This document shows, in pieces, positions 40,520-54,810 of a stretch of DNA of 64,000 nucleotides. The position numbers and the translations under genes were made by a program. The notes under the pieces were generated by a model. It had not been told where the DNA came from. It searched no databases and worked only from the letters and a program-made list of their open reading frames with translations. The stretch comes from Octopus sinensis (taxonomy: Eukaryota). Numbering within the stretch: the first letter of the stretch is position 1; the number at the start of each line of letters is the position of its first letter. The DNA is taken from contig NC_043000.1 of assembly GCF_006345805.1 (NCBI RefSeq), positions 130,758,001-130,822,000 of the forward strand, in the 5' to 3' direction.

Positions 40520-40830
40520 ATGGTAGAAGAAAAAGGGTAAATTATCGTTATACCTGAGTCGTGGCCGGAATATTTGCAACAGAGTGGGCTTTGATAAAAG
40601 CACCCAAGTGTCATGTAGTGCCATGCCTAATCCAGAAAATGTTTGGTTACGGTGTTCCGGCCATGGAAGGTTACATGACGCATCGGCCACCGTGTCGTCG
40701 TCGTGTCGCTATCCTACCTTTTATTTTCAGACATATCCTGTCAATAATTACATTATCCAACAAGCTATTCCTTATTTTTCTAAGAAGTTAAGGAGTTTTC
40801 GTATCGACTGTTCGGCTAAATAGAGCTTCT
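40520..40830 (+). pseudogene. Possible decayed mariner transposase C-terminal fragment
   Basis: With frameshifts: D.APKCHVV (cf. HDNARPHVA) and MTHRPP...FIFRHI (cf. LPHPPYSPDLAPSD..LFR). Confidence 0.35.
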
Positions 40831-40875
40831 TTGGATGACGCGAAACTTACGAAATAGTTCAAGTATCACATTCTA

Positions 40876-41186
40876 CTTTGTTTGTTGTTTGTTCCTTCTC
40901 GAGTCACGCATGGCTCATAGGGCCGGTTTTCCGGTTTCCTTGGCATATAGGTTTCCCACCTGGACAGGACACCTATCCGTCGCAGGTGAACTGCAAGATG
41001 CAGGAGGAAAGAGTGAGAGAAAGTTGTGGCGAAAGAGTCAGTAGAAGTTCGCCATTACCTTCTGCCGGAGCCGCGTGGAGCTTAGGTGTTTCGCTCATAA
41101 ACACACACATCGCCCAGTCTGAGATTCGAAGCCGCAATCCCTCGACCGCGAATCCGCTGCTCTAACCACTAGACCATGTGCCTCCA
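40876..41186 (-). mobile_element. SINE family C with 9 bp TSD
   Basis: TSD cacattcta at 40867-40875 and 41187-41195. Confidence 0.92.
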
Positions 41187-41494
41187 CACATTCTAGTTTA
41201 AATGTAGCTAATTCAGTTGATTACAAGTATATTTACAATTGAATGAAAACGTGAGAGTTTGTTGAAACAAACAATGAAGTGATGAATGAATTTTAATGAC
41301 AACGACCAGAGTGCATTGAATGAAGAATATCAAAATGGCATACATGGAAAACAAAAGAATTTATTAAATTATTATACAAATAGTTCTAAATGTAATTTCG
41401 TTTGAATAGCTATAAATCTATCAAAGAGATGATGTATCGAAACGTTTATCAGAAAATAACATAATGAATCATTGTATATACATATATTTTCTAT

Positions 41495-41880
41495 TATCCT
41501 GCTTTACTTGTTTCAGTAATTAGACTGCGGCCATGCTGGGGCACCGTTTTGAAATATTTTAGTCAAACAAATCAGCACGAGTACTTACTTTCGTTTTTGA
41601 AGTTTGGCAGACGGAATTATTCTCATTTGCTGGGCTGATAACATAGGAGCGTAAACGAACCATCATCGGTTGTCAAGCTGCGTGAGGGGGCACAAACACA
41701 CACTCACACCATACACAATACACACACACATATATATATATATATATGTAAACGTGATGGGCTTCCACACAGTTTCCTTCCGCCAAATTCACTCACAAGG
41801 CCTTGGCTACCCCGATGCGAAAGTAGAAGATACTTGCCCCAGGCGCCGCACAATGGGACTGCATCCGAAACCGTAGTAGA
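41495..41880 (-). mobile_element. Diverged SINE family A
   Basis: ctgcggccatgctggggcacc and caaattcactcacaaggcc blocks. Confidence 0.8.
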
Positions 41881-42902
41881 AAATCGAGCTTCTTAAGCAC
41901 GTGTGTGTGTGTGTGTACGCGCGCGCGTATGTATGTGTGTGCGTGTGTGTGTGAAAGCGTGCGTGTGTGTGTGTGTTTTGATAGTATATGGCCTTAAATT
42001 CTAACCCAGTAAATATTGCTGAAAGTCATAATTCCTGTATCTCTATTCTATATCTTTAATATCATCGAACTAATTATCTGAGGTCAGTTTTCGAGATAAT
42101 GGCAAAATGCCATATAAAAAAACCATTCAATCCAATCTAGCTTAAATGATTTAATACTTGCTCAAGACTTTCCACTAATCCATTCAGGGTGTATTTGTTA
42201 CGAATAGAGTTTTATTTCCCAAGATTTTTGTCCTACCTTTTCTGGATTTTAAGTTTTTGATGTCGATGTTGTCTTTTTGTTTTCGATTTTTCTTTTTTTT
42301 TTTTGTGGGGGAGGAGATTTATTTTTACTTGTTTATTTTTTTTTTTTCCACAATTATTGCCAGCTAATCAATGATATTATAGTTGGCAAGCGATCGTAAA
42401 AGTACAAGAGACCTAAGTTACTTTATATTCCAAACAATAAATTGCCGTTTGAGAGGCAAAAAGATAAAAAGCCACCGAAGATGATTACTAAGAAAAAAAC
42501 ATTCTATCATTTTCAAATATATGAAAATTGAGCTTCCAGGGAAATATTGGATAACGTCTATAGATGATGATGATGATGATGATGAAGATATCATTTTTTC
42601 ATTGATGCTGCTGTCATTTGTATTCATTTATGCAGATAACGTCCGTTGGAAATACTTGAACATCATCACAGCATATTAGTTTTAAACGTATAGGGCATTA
42701 TAGTTACTGGGAAATAAAACATTATTTGCTCTGGAACAATAATTGACCAATTCTTGTATTTTTCTATTCAATTATAATCATCAATACTACTGCGACAGCC
42801 ACATATGCCATGTTATCTAAATTCCATAAATGTATATATGTGCGTTCGTGTTCACCTCTGTATGCGTAGTGTAGAAGTGTGCGTGTGTATATGTGCGTGT
42901 AT

Positions 42903-43327
42903 ACTCTTTCACTCTTTTACTTGTTTCAGTCATTTGACAGTGACCATGCTGGAGCACCGTCTTTAGTCGAGCAAATCGACCCCAGGGCTTCTTCTTTGTA
43001 AGCCTAGTACTTATTCTATCGGTCTGTTTTGCCGAACCGCTAAGTTACGTGGACGTAAACACACCAGCATCGGTTGTCAAGCGATGTTGGGGGTACAAAC
43101 ACACACACAAACATATATATACACACATACATGCATACATATATATATACATATATATATATACGACGGTTTTCTTTGAGTTTCCGTCTACCAAATCCAC
43201 TCACAAGGCTTTGGTCGGCCCGAGGCTATATTAGAAGACACTTGCCCAAGCTGCCACGCAGTGAGATTGAACCCGGAACTATGTGGTTCGTAAGCAAGCT
43301 ATTTACCACACAGCCACTCCTACGCCT
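42903..43327 (-). mobile_element. SINE family A, full length
   Basis: Similarity to the other A copies. Confidence 0.93.
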
Positions 43328-43874
43328 ATGTATAAGTACATATTTTTATTTTAACTCTTTGAATTACTTATATGAAGTGGAGTATGATTCAAATAATCAA
43401 ATCTCTATCATTGGAATTTAATAAACAGTAAAAGTTTACATGCCAGATTCTAGAATTGATACTTTAAATATTTTCGAAATCCCTTTCATTTTGTAAAATA
43501 AAAAACACTTCCCAGACTATTACTTAAAAACTCAATACCATAATTAATTTCGCGCCAATAATTATGCGCACAGTTGTAAATATATAATCTACGCAGAAAA
43601 GTCCTATATTTCCAGGCATTTTACCATAAGCATCTGCTTTCTAACTAGTTTTGAAACACTTTCTGTTGATATTGGTATCACATTTCCAAGAAACATAAGC
43701 ATGGTTATGTATGCATAAGCTTTTATTGATAGTTATTTCAGAGGCCAGTGTTTTTGAACATCTGTCCTACAGCTCTAGTGACATATGGAACGTTAACATG
43801 AACTGATTGTTTCTTGATGGTCTTCACTCCAAATTCGGAAAATGCTGCCCTCTTCATTCTTATTGTAAATATTT

Positions 43875-44048
43875 AGGCGCAGCAGTGGCTGTTTGATAAA
43901 AATCTTGCTTCCTAACCACATGGTTCCGGGTTCAGTCTCACTGCCTGGTACCTTCGCCAAGTGTCTTCTGCTATAGTCTCGGGCCGGCCAAAGCCTTGTG
44001 AGTGGATTTGGAAGACGGAAACTAACTGAAAGAAACCTGGCATATATA

Positions 44049-44090
<42 letters not shown>

Positions 44091-44372
44091 GGTTTCTTTA
44101 TATATATGTATATATATATATAATATATATATATATATTATATGTATGTGCGTGTGTGCGTATGTATTTGTGTGTCTGTGTTTGCCCCCCCACCATCGCT
44201 TGACAATCGATTTCGGTGTGTTTACGTCCTCATAAATTAGCGGTTCGGCAAAAGCGACCGATAGAATAATTAACAGGCTTACAAAGAATAAGTCCTGGGG
44301 TCGAATTGCTCGACTAAAAAGGCAGTGCTCCAGCATGGCTGCAGTCAAATGACTGAAACGAATAAAAGAATT
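43875..44372 (+). mobile_element. SINE family A with expanded internal (TA)n
   Basis: Similarity to the other A copies. Confidence 0.9.
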
Positions 44373-44689
44373 TACTCGACGAATTTGACTTCACTCTACT
44401 TATTTGGCATTTGATCTTCGAGTGATACCATATGACAGTCAAACACTGGCTGGACCAATTTTAGCCTTCATTCATTATGATGTTGTCTGAGGCAGAGCAA
44501 GTCCACATCACTTCCAGTTACGTGCATCTCAAATTAGATAAGACACTCGTTGGTTATTATGCTCACTACAAGTGAAACTGACAACCCCGTCTACTCTGGT
44601 TTGACAACAATAACAAGAGTATTTGAACTAGAACAGAATACAAAATGGTAATGTTCGCCTGGTATTTTACCTTGTTATCTACAGTCAGA

Positions 44690-44935
44690 CTTTCCGGGAC
44701 ATGTCCTATGGTATTCCTACGTGAATTTTGATCTTCGGATTTTTTGATTTTTTTCCTTGTAGCACCCCACATCAAAATCGAGAACATTGTTTATAGTGAC
44801 GAGGAGCAGTTCACTGAAATTTCCGCTTGCGGTTACAATATACGAAGAAACCAATTACACATAATTTGGAATTCATACTGAAATCTGCATATTCCCTAAA
44901 ATACTCGGCATCGTTTACACCCCAAAGTCACGATA
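44690..44935 (+). pseudogene. Tc1/mariner transposase relic around the first catalytic Asp (tentatively rosa/DD41D-like)
   Basis: ENIVYSDEEQF...GY (cf. IFSDEAHF.L.GYVN) and LHPKVTI (cf. LHPEKVTVW). Confidence 0.5.
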
Positions 44936-45189
44936 TCCTTATCAGACAAACGGGCAAATGGATTAAGCGAGATGGTGTTTATAAATATGTATAAGTTCTA
45001 TAAATTAGAAAAGTAGAGAAATATAGAGGAGGTGGGTATAGTGATATATATAAAAGTAGAGTAGGAGAAGAAGAGGGAGAGATGCAGGATAGCTTAGGGT
45101 GAGTTAGTTGTACAAATTGCTGCACAGGGCCATCAACATGTGTGCTACATGATATTCTGATTTTCGTATACCTACAATAATGGTTTCAA

Positions 45190-45822
45190 AATTCTGGCAG
45201 AAAGCCAGCAATTTTGGGGGAGGGGAAAGACGATTACATCGACCTCAGTGCTCAGTTGGTACTTAGTTTATCGACACTCAAAGAATGAAAGGTAAAGAGT
45301 GCGAGCTGGCAGAATCGTTAGCACGCTGGGCGATATGCTTAGCGGTATTTCGTCTGCCGTTGCGTTCTGAGTTCAAATTCCGCCGAGGTCGACTTTGCCT
45401 TTCATTCTTTCGGGGTTGATTAAATAAGTAACAGTTACGCACTGGGGTCGATATAATCGACTTAATCCGTTTGTCTGTCCTTGTTTGTCCTCTCTGTGTT
45501 TAGCCCCTTGTGGATAGTAAAGAAATAGGTATTTCGTCTGCCGTTACGTTCTGAGTTCAAATTCTGCCGAGGTCGACTTTGCCTTTCATCCTTTCGGGGT
45601 CGATAAATAAGTACCAGTTATGCACTGGGGTCGATGTAATCGACTTAATTCTTTTGTCTGTCCTTGTTTGTCCCCTCTATGTTTAGCCCCGTGTGGGCAA
45701 TAAAGAAATAAGAATGAAAGGTAAAATCGATCTCAACGGGATTTGAACTCAGAAAGTAGACCGGACGAAATGTCGCTAAGCATACTGTGCGGTGTGCTAA
45801 CGATTCTGCCAGCTCGCCACCA
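45190..45822. mobile_element. Dimeric family B SINE (+, 45297-45709) nested in an older antisense B-variant SINE
   Basis: 16 bp TSD aagaatgaaaggtaaa at 45281-45296 and 45710-45725. Confidence 0.92.
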
Positions 45823-46424
45823 TATCTATATTTGCAATACTGACACAATATTGGACTTCCTTGTATAATATGCATGGTTATATCAACCAGTCATCGCTTA
45901 TTTCAAAGTGCAGTCAAGGCAGAACATCATATGAATTGTGAATGCAACTTTTAATATTGATAATTCTCTGAGCACGGTTTTGTTTGTCTATCTATTTAGT
46001 TACATATGTGCTCGATGATGATCGTTCTTATATCGATTTCTTACTGCTGTACTTCATAACCTTGGTGGAGACGGAGTGTAAGAAATGCATTTCTCTGAGT
46101 TCTACTTGATGAGTATCCTTATCATGCAAATATAAGCATTTTGTAAACCAATCTTTATATAAAAGGAAAAAGAGCGCATCCAACCATTCGCACACATACA
46201 AGCACATATATATACATACATACATATACGCACATATATGTAGCTATACATATATACTTATATGTATATATAAATATATATATGTATGTGTGTGTGTATA
46301 TATATATATATTTATATATATATATACATATATATATATGTATATATGTACATATAGATATATATACATATATATATACATACATATATATGTATATATG
46401 TACATATATATATATATATATATA

Positions 46425-46457
<33 letters not shown>

Positions 46458-47495
46458 AGTATGTATATATATGTGTGTACAAATATGTACGTATATATAT
46501 ATATATATATAGATATATAGATAGATAGATAGATAGATATATATATACTTTCATATACGGAAGAAAGCATTTGTGTACATTAGCAAATATTATAAGAGCA
46601 AAACATCTATATTTAAATATATTTGTATCTGTATACACACACACACACACACACACACACGTGTGTGTGTGATATATATGAATGTCTCCGTCAGCGCGTG
46701 TGCATACCTCTGTATGTATGTGTTCAAAGAGAAGAAACTGGGACAGAAAAAGTGAGATGCAATATATTGCAGAATAATATTGGTTATTACCATTTCCTGC
46801 GTTAGCAAAATAGATTAAGGTATCGTATATTAAAAGCCACATATCATTTCGCACAGCAACGAAAACTTACACTTCAATCTCTAGCAACAATTGAAAGGTC
46901 AAATCGAAGAAAATAGAAAATTTCTGTATGGAAATAGAAGTCAGCGCAACAAAAAGTTAACAGACCATTAATAGAAATTAGAATTATATTTGGAAAATCT
47001 TTCAATGAGCGAGATAATCATTAATAATACATAGACACATAAATATAATTTGTAGGTATATCTATCTCCATATTTATGAATGTATCTAAGTATGTAGTAT
47101 GTATGTATGTAGGCATGTATGTATGTACGTATGTATGTATGTATGTATGCACGTATGTATGTATGTAAGTATTTATGTACTTGTTCATAAGTGCATGTGC
47201 ATACACCTTTACGCATATCATAGTACAGGTGCGTAAGTAGTCATATTTACGCAATCACACATACTGTGTGTGTGTATGTGTGTGTATGTGTTTATGTGTG
47301 TGTATGTGTGTATGTGTGTGATAAAATATATTCCAGTGTTCATACACATGTTTCAAAAAATGTGATTATATCATCATCATCATCATCATCATCATCATGT
47401 CAATGTATGTATGTATAACTATACTCATACACACATATATACATGCACATATTTACTTGCTGACACACAGTATATATATATATATATATATAATA

Positions 47496-47561
<66 letters not shown>

Positions 47562-47569
47562 AGTAAAAA

Positions 47570-47990
47570 TAATTACAGACATGGGCAAGAACATGAAACA
47601 CCAAAGAGACGACACAAGAACCACAGGACGGGACATTCGAAGCCCTCAGTCATCAGTCAAGAACCAGATCATCTTAGCAATTTCGGCTGATTAATCTTGA
47701 GATTGCTCCGATATGGGCAGCCCGCCAAGGGAAATCTAAGCCAAGCGCATTAGATCCCCTGGAAGAAAGCTTCGAATGTATACAACACGAGGACGGAAAA
47801 CGAACGAAGTACACGAACAAAAATACAGGATACGTGACACCAATAGGAATACAAAAACGTAAAAACAATAACGGTAAAGATAAAAAACAAAACAAAACCA
47901 GGACGTAGGACAAGGGTCTTTCGACAGGACGAGTTGAGTTTAGGGCTGGCTATGAAGTTGTGCCTAATGGCCGCAGGGAGTATATATATA
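47570..47990 (-). mobile_element. Unclassified interspersed repeat, possibly Penelope terminal region
   Basis: Purine-rich on the + strand like 31213-31890; family assignment is inferred. Confidence 0.3.
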
Positions 47991-48161
47991 TATATCATTA
48001 TACTTATACACGCATATATATATATATATACATATTTATTTGCGCACACATTATATATATATATATATATATATATCTATATATATATGTATATACAAAC
48101 ACACACATACACACATATTTCTCTATACGTATGCGTGAATGCGAACACGCATACAGCATGA

Positions 48162-48162
<1 letters not shown>

Positions 48163-48239
<77 letters not shown>

Positions 48240-48250
48240 ATTTGTGTGTG
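48163..48250. repeat. (TG)n microsatellite
   Basis: Direct reading. Confidence 0.98.
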
Positions 48251-48851
48251 TGTGGTGCGTGCACATGAGAAATGAGACTGGAAAATGAAAATGTGATATT
48301 TGCTACGTCTTAATTAAAATATATTGTCGATTCGTTTGACTTTCAATTCCTGGTCTAAAACGTCACATAAAACCAGTTAATGGCATTTCCTACTGAATTT
48401 TAATAAAACTAATCAATAATTTTTTTTAAAAAAACGTCAACTCACCGAAAATAAATTAGGCATTTTCTGTGTTTTTCTTCCTCCTTAGCACATCGTAATT
48501 TTTTTTCTTTTATTTATTATTATTCTATTTTTTTCGCTTTACGGTTTTCATTGATGAAACTCATCTACGTCTAAGAATATTATATATGAACGGAAAACAT
48601 TTCTTAAACATTTTTCAGAGATTAAAAGAACATGCTATGCCTGATGAACTCTACTTAAACAATGATTATATTTGACCAGACTGAAAGGCATGTGCTGTAG
48701 ATTATTGCTGTGGTCGATTGCAATATATTTCAATCCCATCTACTGGAACGAGATTAAAGAAAGATAAAAGGTAAATGCTAAAGGTTAAAGTGATGTTTTC
48801 AAAATTGTGTACAAAATCAGCAATTACAACGAAGGGTACTCTTTTACGCTT

Positions 48852-49247
48852 TTTACACTTTTACTTGTTTCAGTCATGTGACTGTGGCCATGCTGGAGTA
48901 CAGCCTTTAGTCGAGCAAATCGACACACCGGGACTTATTCTTTGTAAGCCTAGTACTTATTCTATCGGTCTCTTTTGCCCAACCGCTAAGTTACGGGGAC
49001 GTAAACACACCAGCATCGGTTGTCAAGCGATGTTAGTGGGGATAAACACAGACACAATCACATACACATATATATATACATATATACGACGGGCTTCTTT
49101 CAGTTTCCGTCTACCAAATCCACTCACAAGGCTTTTGTCGGCCCGAGGCTACAGTAGAAGACACCTGTCCAAAGTGCCACGCAGTGGGATTGAACCCGGA
49201 ACCATGAGGTTTGTAAACAAACTACTTACCACACACCCACTCCTACG
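48852..49247 (-). mobile_element. SINE family A
   Basis: Explains ORF 48775-49257. Confidence 0.92.
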
Positions 49248-49254
49248 TCCTAGT

Positions 49255-49442
49255 TAATGGGTTGCATCAACCCCAATGTTCAACTGGTATTAATTTGATC
49301 AATTCTGAAAGAAATGAATAAAGGAGAGCAAAGTAAACCACGGCGGTATTTGAACTCTGATTGTATAGGGCCGGAAGATATGCCACTAAGCATGCTGTCC
49401 GATTCTATAACGATTCAGCAGCGTGCCGCCTTCCGGGAAGCT
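49255..49442 (-). mobile_element. Diverged SINE family B variant
   Basis: gaatgaataaagg...ggcggtatttgaactc...gattctataacgattc resembles the reverse B consensus. Confidence 0.7.
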
Positions 49443-50489
49443 GAAATCATAATTCCTAACCTGAACACAAAGTATAATCTTAAGGAGTGGTTCAACAATT
49501 AAATCTATCCTGTATTTCACTGGTATTTTATTTTATCGATCTGTGCTCAATAAATATCAAATTAACTGCCAATAGAAATTGGAGTTTATTTTTGTCTCCC
49601 GTGAAGGTGCAAAAACGGGTTGTTTTGTTTCGTTTGTGTTTTAAGCAGTTTGCTTTAGTTTTCCTTTATTTTCTTTAATTTTCTTGATATCTTTGTGCTC
49701 CTGCCATGAATATTTATAATAGTTTGCGAGTCATATTCGGACCCCATCCAATTGTGCTCTCGTAAATTTAATCTTTCTATCTCAGATGCTGAATGCTTTA
49801 ATTTAACTGCAATCTCTTTTCAGACAAAAGTTGATCATTCTTGTTGTGAATCCGTTTCAGATATTATTATTAAAACGTTTAGGCAGGACAACTAAATCGT
49901 AATGCTTATCTTATTTTGGCATTTTTGTATTTATACTAAGTCTATAATATGAATGTATGGCCTTTTCTTTCATTCATCATTGTGCATGTTTGTATGTGTG
50001 TGTATGGGTATGTGTGTGTATGGGTATGTGTGTGTATGGTATGTGTGTTCATGTAATTCTTAAGTATTTGTAAGTCTGAGTTTGGTCCGAAGGTCTTATC
50101 TCTGTTTCTTTATCTACCACTACAGTAATGCCTTTAAATCTCCTCTCTTCTACGATGCCCACGGCACTTATTAATTCCTTTAGTAAATCCGTGTACCATC
50201 CATAGGGAAGTTTCTAATCGTTTATCATATGCAGTATACAGTTTTACATCGTCTATATACAAGTGTTTTTCTCGCATAGTAATTGTATGAGTTCACTCTG
50301 CTTTACATGTTAGTTGAAGGAAATGGTACTAGGCGGAAAAGGAATGGACAGAATTTTCTTGTTTCCGATTTTTTAAAGATGTTATTAAATAATTTTTTTC
50401 TTTTTTCTTTCGTTCTTTTTTTCTGTCTGAGCGGTTGGAACGTACGTTGTTTCAGTCTTGTGGAAAAGTCAGATTCCTCTGATTAGAAG

Positions 50490-51300
50490 TTCATCTGCTG
50501 CCAACACCCTCTACACAGGGTGTACAACATTCCGAGGCTGATTATATGTAATCATGTGCTGTGACTGCGACATCAGCGGAGATTCTCAGACGTTAAGCTC
50601 TTGTGGTTGCCATTTTTTAAACAGTCTCTCCTGCAGGTCGTGTTTGACGGAGATCTAATCACATTTGAAGATTTAGTAAAGACTAGGCATAAGGTATATT
50701 ACCAGGCACTCGCAGTCCGGTAGTCTAGAGTACATCCATACCCGCATACTTGGAGAAACACCTGGGCTCAAAGCCCAGTTAAGAAATTTATTCTGGAAGA
50801 TATTCGGCTCAGGAAATATGAATATCTCCAACAATACCTAGAATTGCTAGCTAGTCATTAACTCTACTAGCACAGCAGCCCCTCCGTCAGAGCCTGTCCG
50901 AGGTGTATGGAAAGTGAATAAACTGTTCTTCATGTTCTCATTTGGAGTCCGAGTGTGCTGACATATATAGATTTGTCGGACTGTTTTGATAGCTTATAGG
51001 ACGAACACTCAGGAGAATCACTCCACTCTGCTATTTTGGCAAAATGACTAGTAGCTTTGCTTTTGCCCGTGCCTATAGCCAAAGTGGTTATAGGGTGGAT
51101 GTTACTGAAAGATTTGTAGACAGGTCGCTTTCTCTTTAATTAGGCCGTCATCTATATCTTCAAGTCCGCTTGCAGTGGATGATGAGGTGAGAGACAGAGA
51201 TGTAGCATTCTAGCAAATTTGTTAAAGGTAAAGGTGAGAATGGCGAAAGTGGTACGTTTCAAATACTGATTGAAAGTTATAGCTGGAAGAGGACAACTAT
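50490..51300 (+). pseudogene. Tx1/L1-type LINE ORF2 C-terminal relic
   Basis: Zinc-knuckle-like CPRCMESE*TVLHVL at ~50895-50940, then IAKVVIGW (cf. VAKEVVWW). Confidence 0.6.
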
Positions 51301-52479
51301 TCTGGGTGCAAGTTCGTTAGGATCTTAGATTGCCTTGATCATGCATAGGGGTCATTCCTACCGTTTTATGGGCACCTTTCTTTCACCCATTTATATTATA
51401 TAAGCAGAACTACATGTTTGTTTATAATCATTTTCTATAGCGTTTTGTATGTATATGTGAGTTCCCTATGGCCAATAAAGTTATGATAATAGTAATTATC
51501 ATTATTACTACGACTGCTATCAACAAAATCCGTTCTTTTATTTCCTTAAACACAGGAAACACTCGGTTATCATTTTGTATTTGAAAAATCAGTCGAATCA
51601 ATAAACAAGTAGTTAAGCTAGATTACATTTGAAATCTAATCAAATTATTTCTAATCTTGTATACATGTGTGGGCGCTCGCACGCGCACACACACATATAC
51701 ACACACGCATACGCATATATTTTGCATTTATAAGAGTCTGTATGTATGTAAGAATAGACAGTCGGACATAAAGACAAACAGATAATGAGTATATATATAT
51801 GTGTGTGTGTGTGTAGGGATATATATGTATTCACACACATACTTGTATATGTATGTATTTATGTATGTATGTATCTATGTACGTATGTATCAGTTTGAAA
51901 ACCTACCGGCGATTTCCAAAGGATATAATGTACAGACAATTGTCTAGCTATTTACGCAAATGTGAATATGAATAATAGGAAGCTAAAAGTTAATGCTGTA
52001 TCTCATCGTAAGTTGAATTCTATGTAAATAGAATTCAATAAACATCTTCCCTCTATGTTACGTATGTATTTAAAGAATGTAATGAAGGGTCCCTAAAAGG
52101 TCAATGTCCGCTATGACAAAACGCTCCCAAAACACTACAGCAGATAGGCAAGACTGAAGACTCGTTGATTTCGAAGACATGATACTTGTAACTTGTATAT
52201 AACTAACAGAATTTTTTTTAGTATAAGCCTGTTTTTACTTCTTTGTTTTTTGTTTTTTAGTACAACAAGTAACCCTGGCAAGAAGGTTGCTTTTGTTAGG
52301 GAGAAACCTATCCACGTCTGTTCTTTGCCGTGTGCATCATGCCACTTCTCTTTCTACCACAATCAATCAAATAACAAAATTCTAAAATTCCAACTTGCAA
52401 GACTCCCTAAGTAGTTCCTCGCCAAAACATAGTTGTCAAATGCTCCTAAACTAACCTCTCACTAATAGATTGACAGACG

Positions 52480-52790
<311 letters not shown>

Positions 52791-52882
52791 TATAGATATA
52801 TGTATACAGATACACACACCAAAAAGCGCGCACAGTCTCACACACACACACACACACACACTCACGCACACACAAACTCACG

Positions 52883-53110
52883 AAGGCGCATGGATCAATG
52901 GTTAGAGCTTCAGATTTACACCCTTACAATCGTGAGGTTGTGAGTTCGATTCCCAGATCGGCCTGTATGTAGTCTTCTTAAGCCAAGATACTTAATTTCA
53001 CGTTGCACCAGTTCACTCAGCTGTAGAAATGAATTACGACGTCACCGGCCTTTGCATTTCCTTTGGATAACATTGGTGGCATAGCGAGGGGAGGCTGGTA
53101 TGCAAGGGCA
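52883..53110 (+). mobile_element. tRNA-derived SINE (additional family)
   Basis: tggatcaatgg A box, gagttcgattc B box, gatacttaatttcacgttgc...ctcagctgtagaaatg core. Confidence 0.75.
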
Positions 53111-53755
53111 TACACATACACACACACACGCACACGTACACGCAATCACACGCACGCACACACACACATAAGTATGTATGCCCTACACCAGTGGTTTTGA
53201 ACGTTGGGCCTAAGGCCCACTCGTATGCCTGGGAAACTTTTGAGTGGACCAAGGAAAATTTCGATGATGCTTTACCTTGAGAACATGCACCTTGAAGCAA
53301 GCCGGCGGAATACAAAAGGAAAACTCAAACTTCCTGCTTGAAGCTATGAATGATATCGACACAAAGGCAAGAATTTTCTACCTTGCCGGCATATTCTCGC
53401 AGGTCAACTCTTTAAATAAATCGATTCTAGGACGCGGTGCAACGATAGTCAGTAGACTATACCGAGAAGATACGGTCATTTATAAACAAGCTAGGTTTAT
53501 GGGTAATTCAGTTTGAGTCGTCTTGTTAAACCAGGAACCATCAGAAGCTATACCCATCAACTGTGTCAGCCATTTGAAGAGCTTGTAAATGGATATGAGG
53601 AGATCCTTCCAAGATATACTCGATTTGAAGCCACCAAAGTGGCTTTTGAGCCTTCATCATTATGATGTTGTTAGCGATCTAGGTCTTAATCCCAAACTTG
53701 AAGCTGATCATCTTGATCATAAGGAGAATGCAATCTTAATGACGATGCTGGAAAG

Positions 53756-54177
53756 AGGCGCAGGAGTGGCTGGATGGTAAGTAACTTACTTACCAACCAC
53801 ATGGTTCCGGGTTCAGTCCCACTGCGTGACAGCTTGGGCAATTGTCTTCTACTATAGCCTCGGGCCGACCAAAGCCTTATGAGTTGATTTGGTAGACGGA
53901 AACTGAAAGAAGCCTGAAGTATATATGTATATGTATATATATATATATGTGCGTGTGTGTTTGTGTATCTGTGTTTGTCCTCCCAACATCGCTTGACAAC
54001 CGATGTTGGTGTGTTTACGTCCCCGTAACCTAGCGGTTCGGCAAACGAGACCGATAGAATAAGTACTAGGCTTACAAAGAATAAGTCCTGGGGTCGATTT
54101 GCTCGACTAAAGGCGGTGCTCCAGCATGGCTGCAGTCAAATTACTGAAACAAGTAAAAGAGTAAAAGAGTAAAAGAG
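53756..54177 (+). mobile_element. SINE family A nested in the hAT element
   Basis: Full-length A copy interrupting the transposase relic. Confidence 0.93.
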
Positions 54178-54564
54178 AGGTCTTCGTGGTTGGCTGCAGG
54201 TAAAGACAACATTTCCAACACTTTTTCATGAAGCAATCCCTTTTCTCCTCTACTTTCCAAAATCCTAGTTAGTTTTGAAGCTGGATTTTCTGCAGTGAAC
54301 GACATTTTCACAAAAAGATACGATGTTCTTCAAATTGCGAAAAAAGGAGATATGCGTCTTAAGTTGAACCAATCCTTTGAAGTTTAAATTGGTTACCTAA
54401 TTCAAAAATGCCAGTCGCAATGTAGCCATTAAACTGCTTCTTCATTTCTTGTTTTAAAAAATGTAAATATACTTCTCTTTCATTCTTAGATGGGTTTTTT
54501 TTCTTGCAGGTTCTATAAACAAGAAGATATTATAACACTGATGTATAAAAAAAAATAAATGCGC

Positions 54565-54810
54565 CCTTTTAAAGCCTAGCCAGGCCCATGGGTCCGGTTT
54601 CCTGGTTTCAATGGCCTATGTGTTCCCCAGCTGGACGGGACGCCAGTCCATCGCAGCGTTACTCATTTTTGCTAGCTGAGTGGACTGGAGCAACGGGGAA
54701 TGAAGTGGTTTGCTCAAGAACACAACGCGTCGCCCGGTCCAGGAATAGAAACCACAATCTTACGATCATGGTGTTGACACCCTAACCACTAAGCCACGCG
54801 CCTCCACATA
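54565..54810 (-). mobile_element. SINE family C variant nested in the hAT element
   Basis: Shares the ggcccatgggtccggtttcc end and ctaaccactaagccacgcgcctcc head. Confidence 0.85.

Noticed and set aside
40554-40715. GC-rich segment open on both strands with a minus-strand donor (cag|gtataa)
   Set aside because: No credible acceptor; better explained as a decayed mariner fragment
44763-44880. Strong acceptor ttttttccttgtag followed by an open frame
   Set aside because: The peptide matches Tc1/mariner FSDE-region motifs, so a TE relic rather than a host exon
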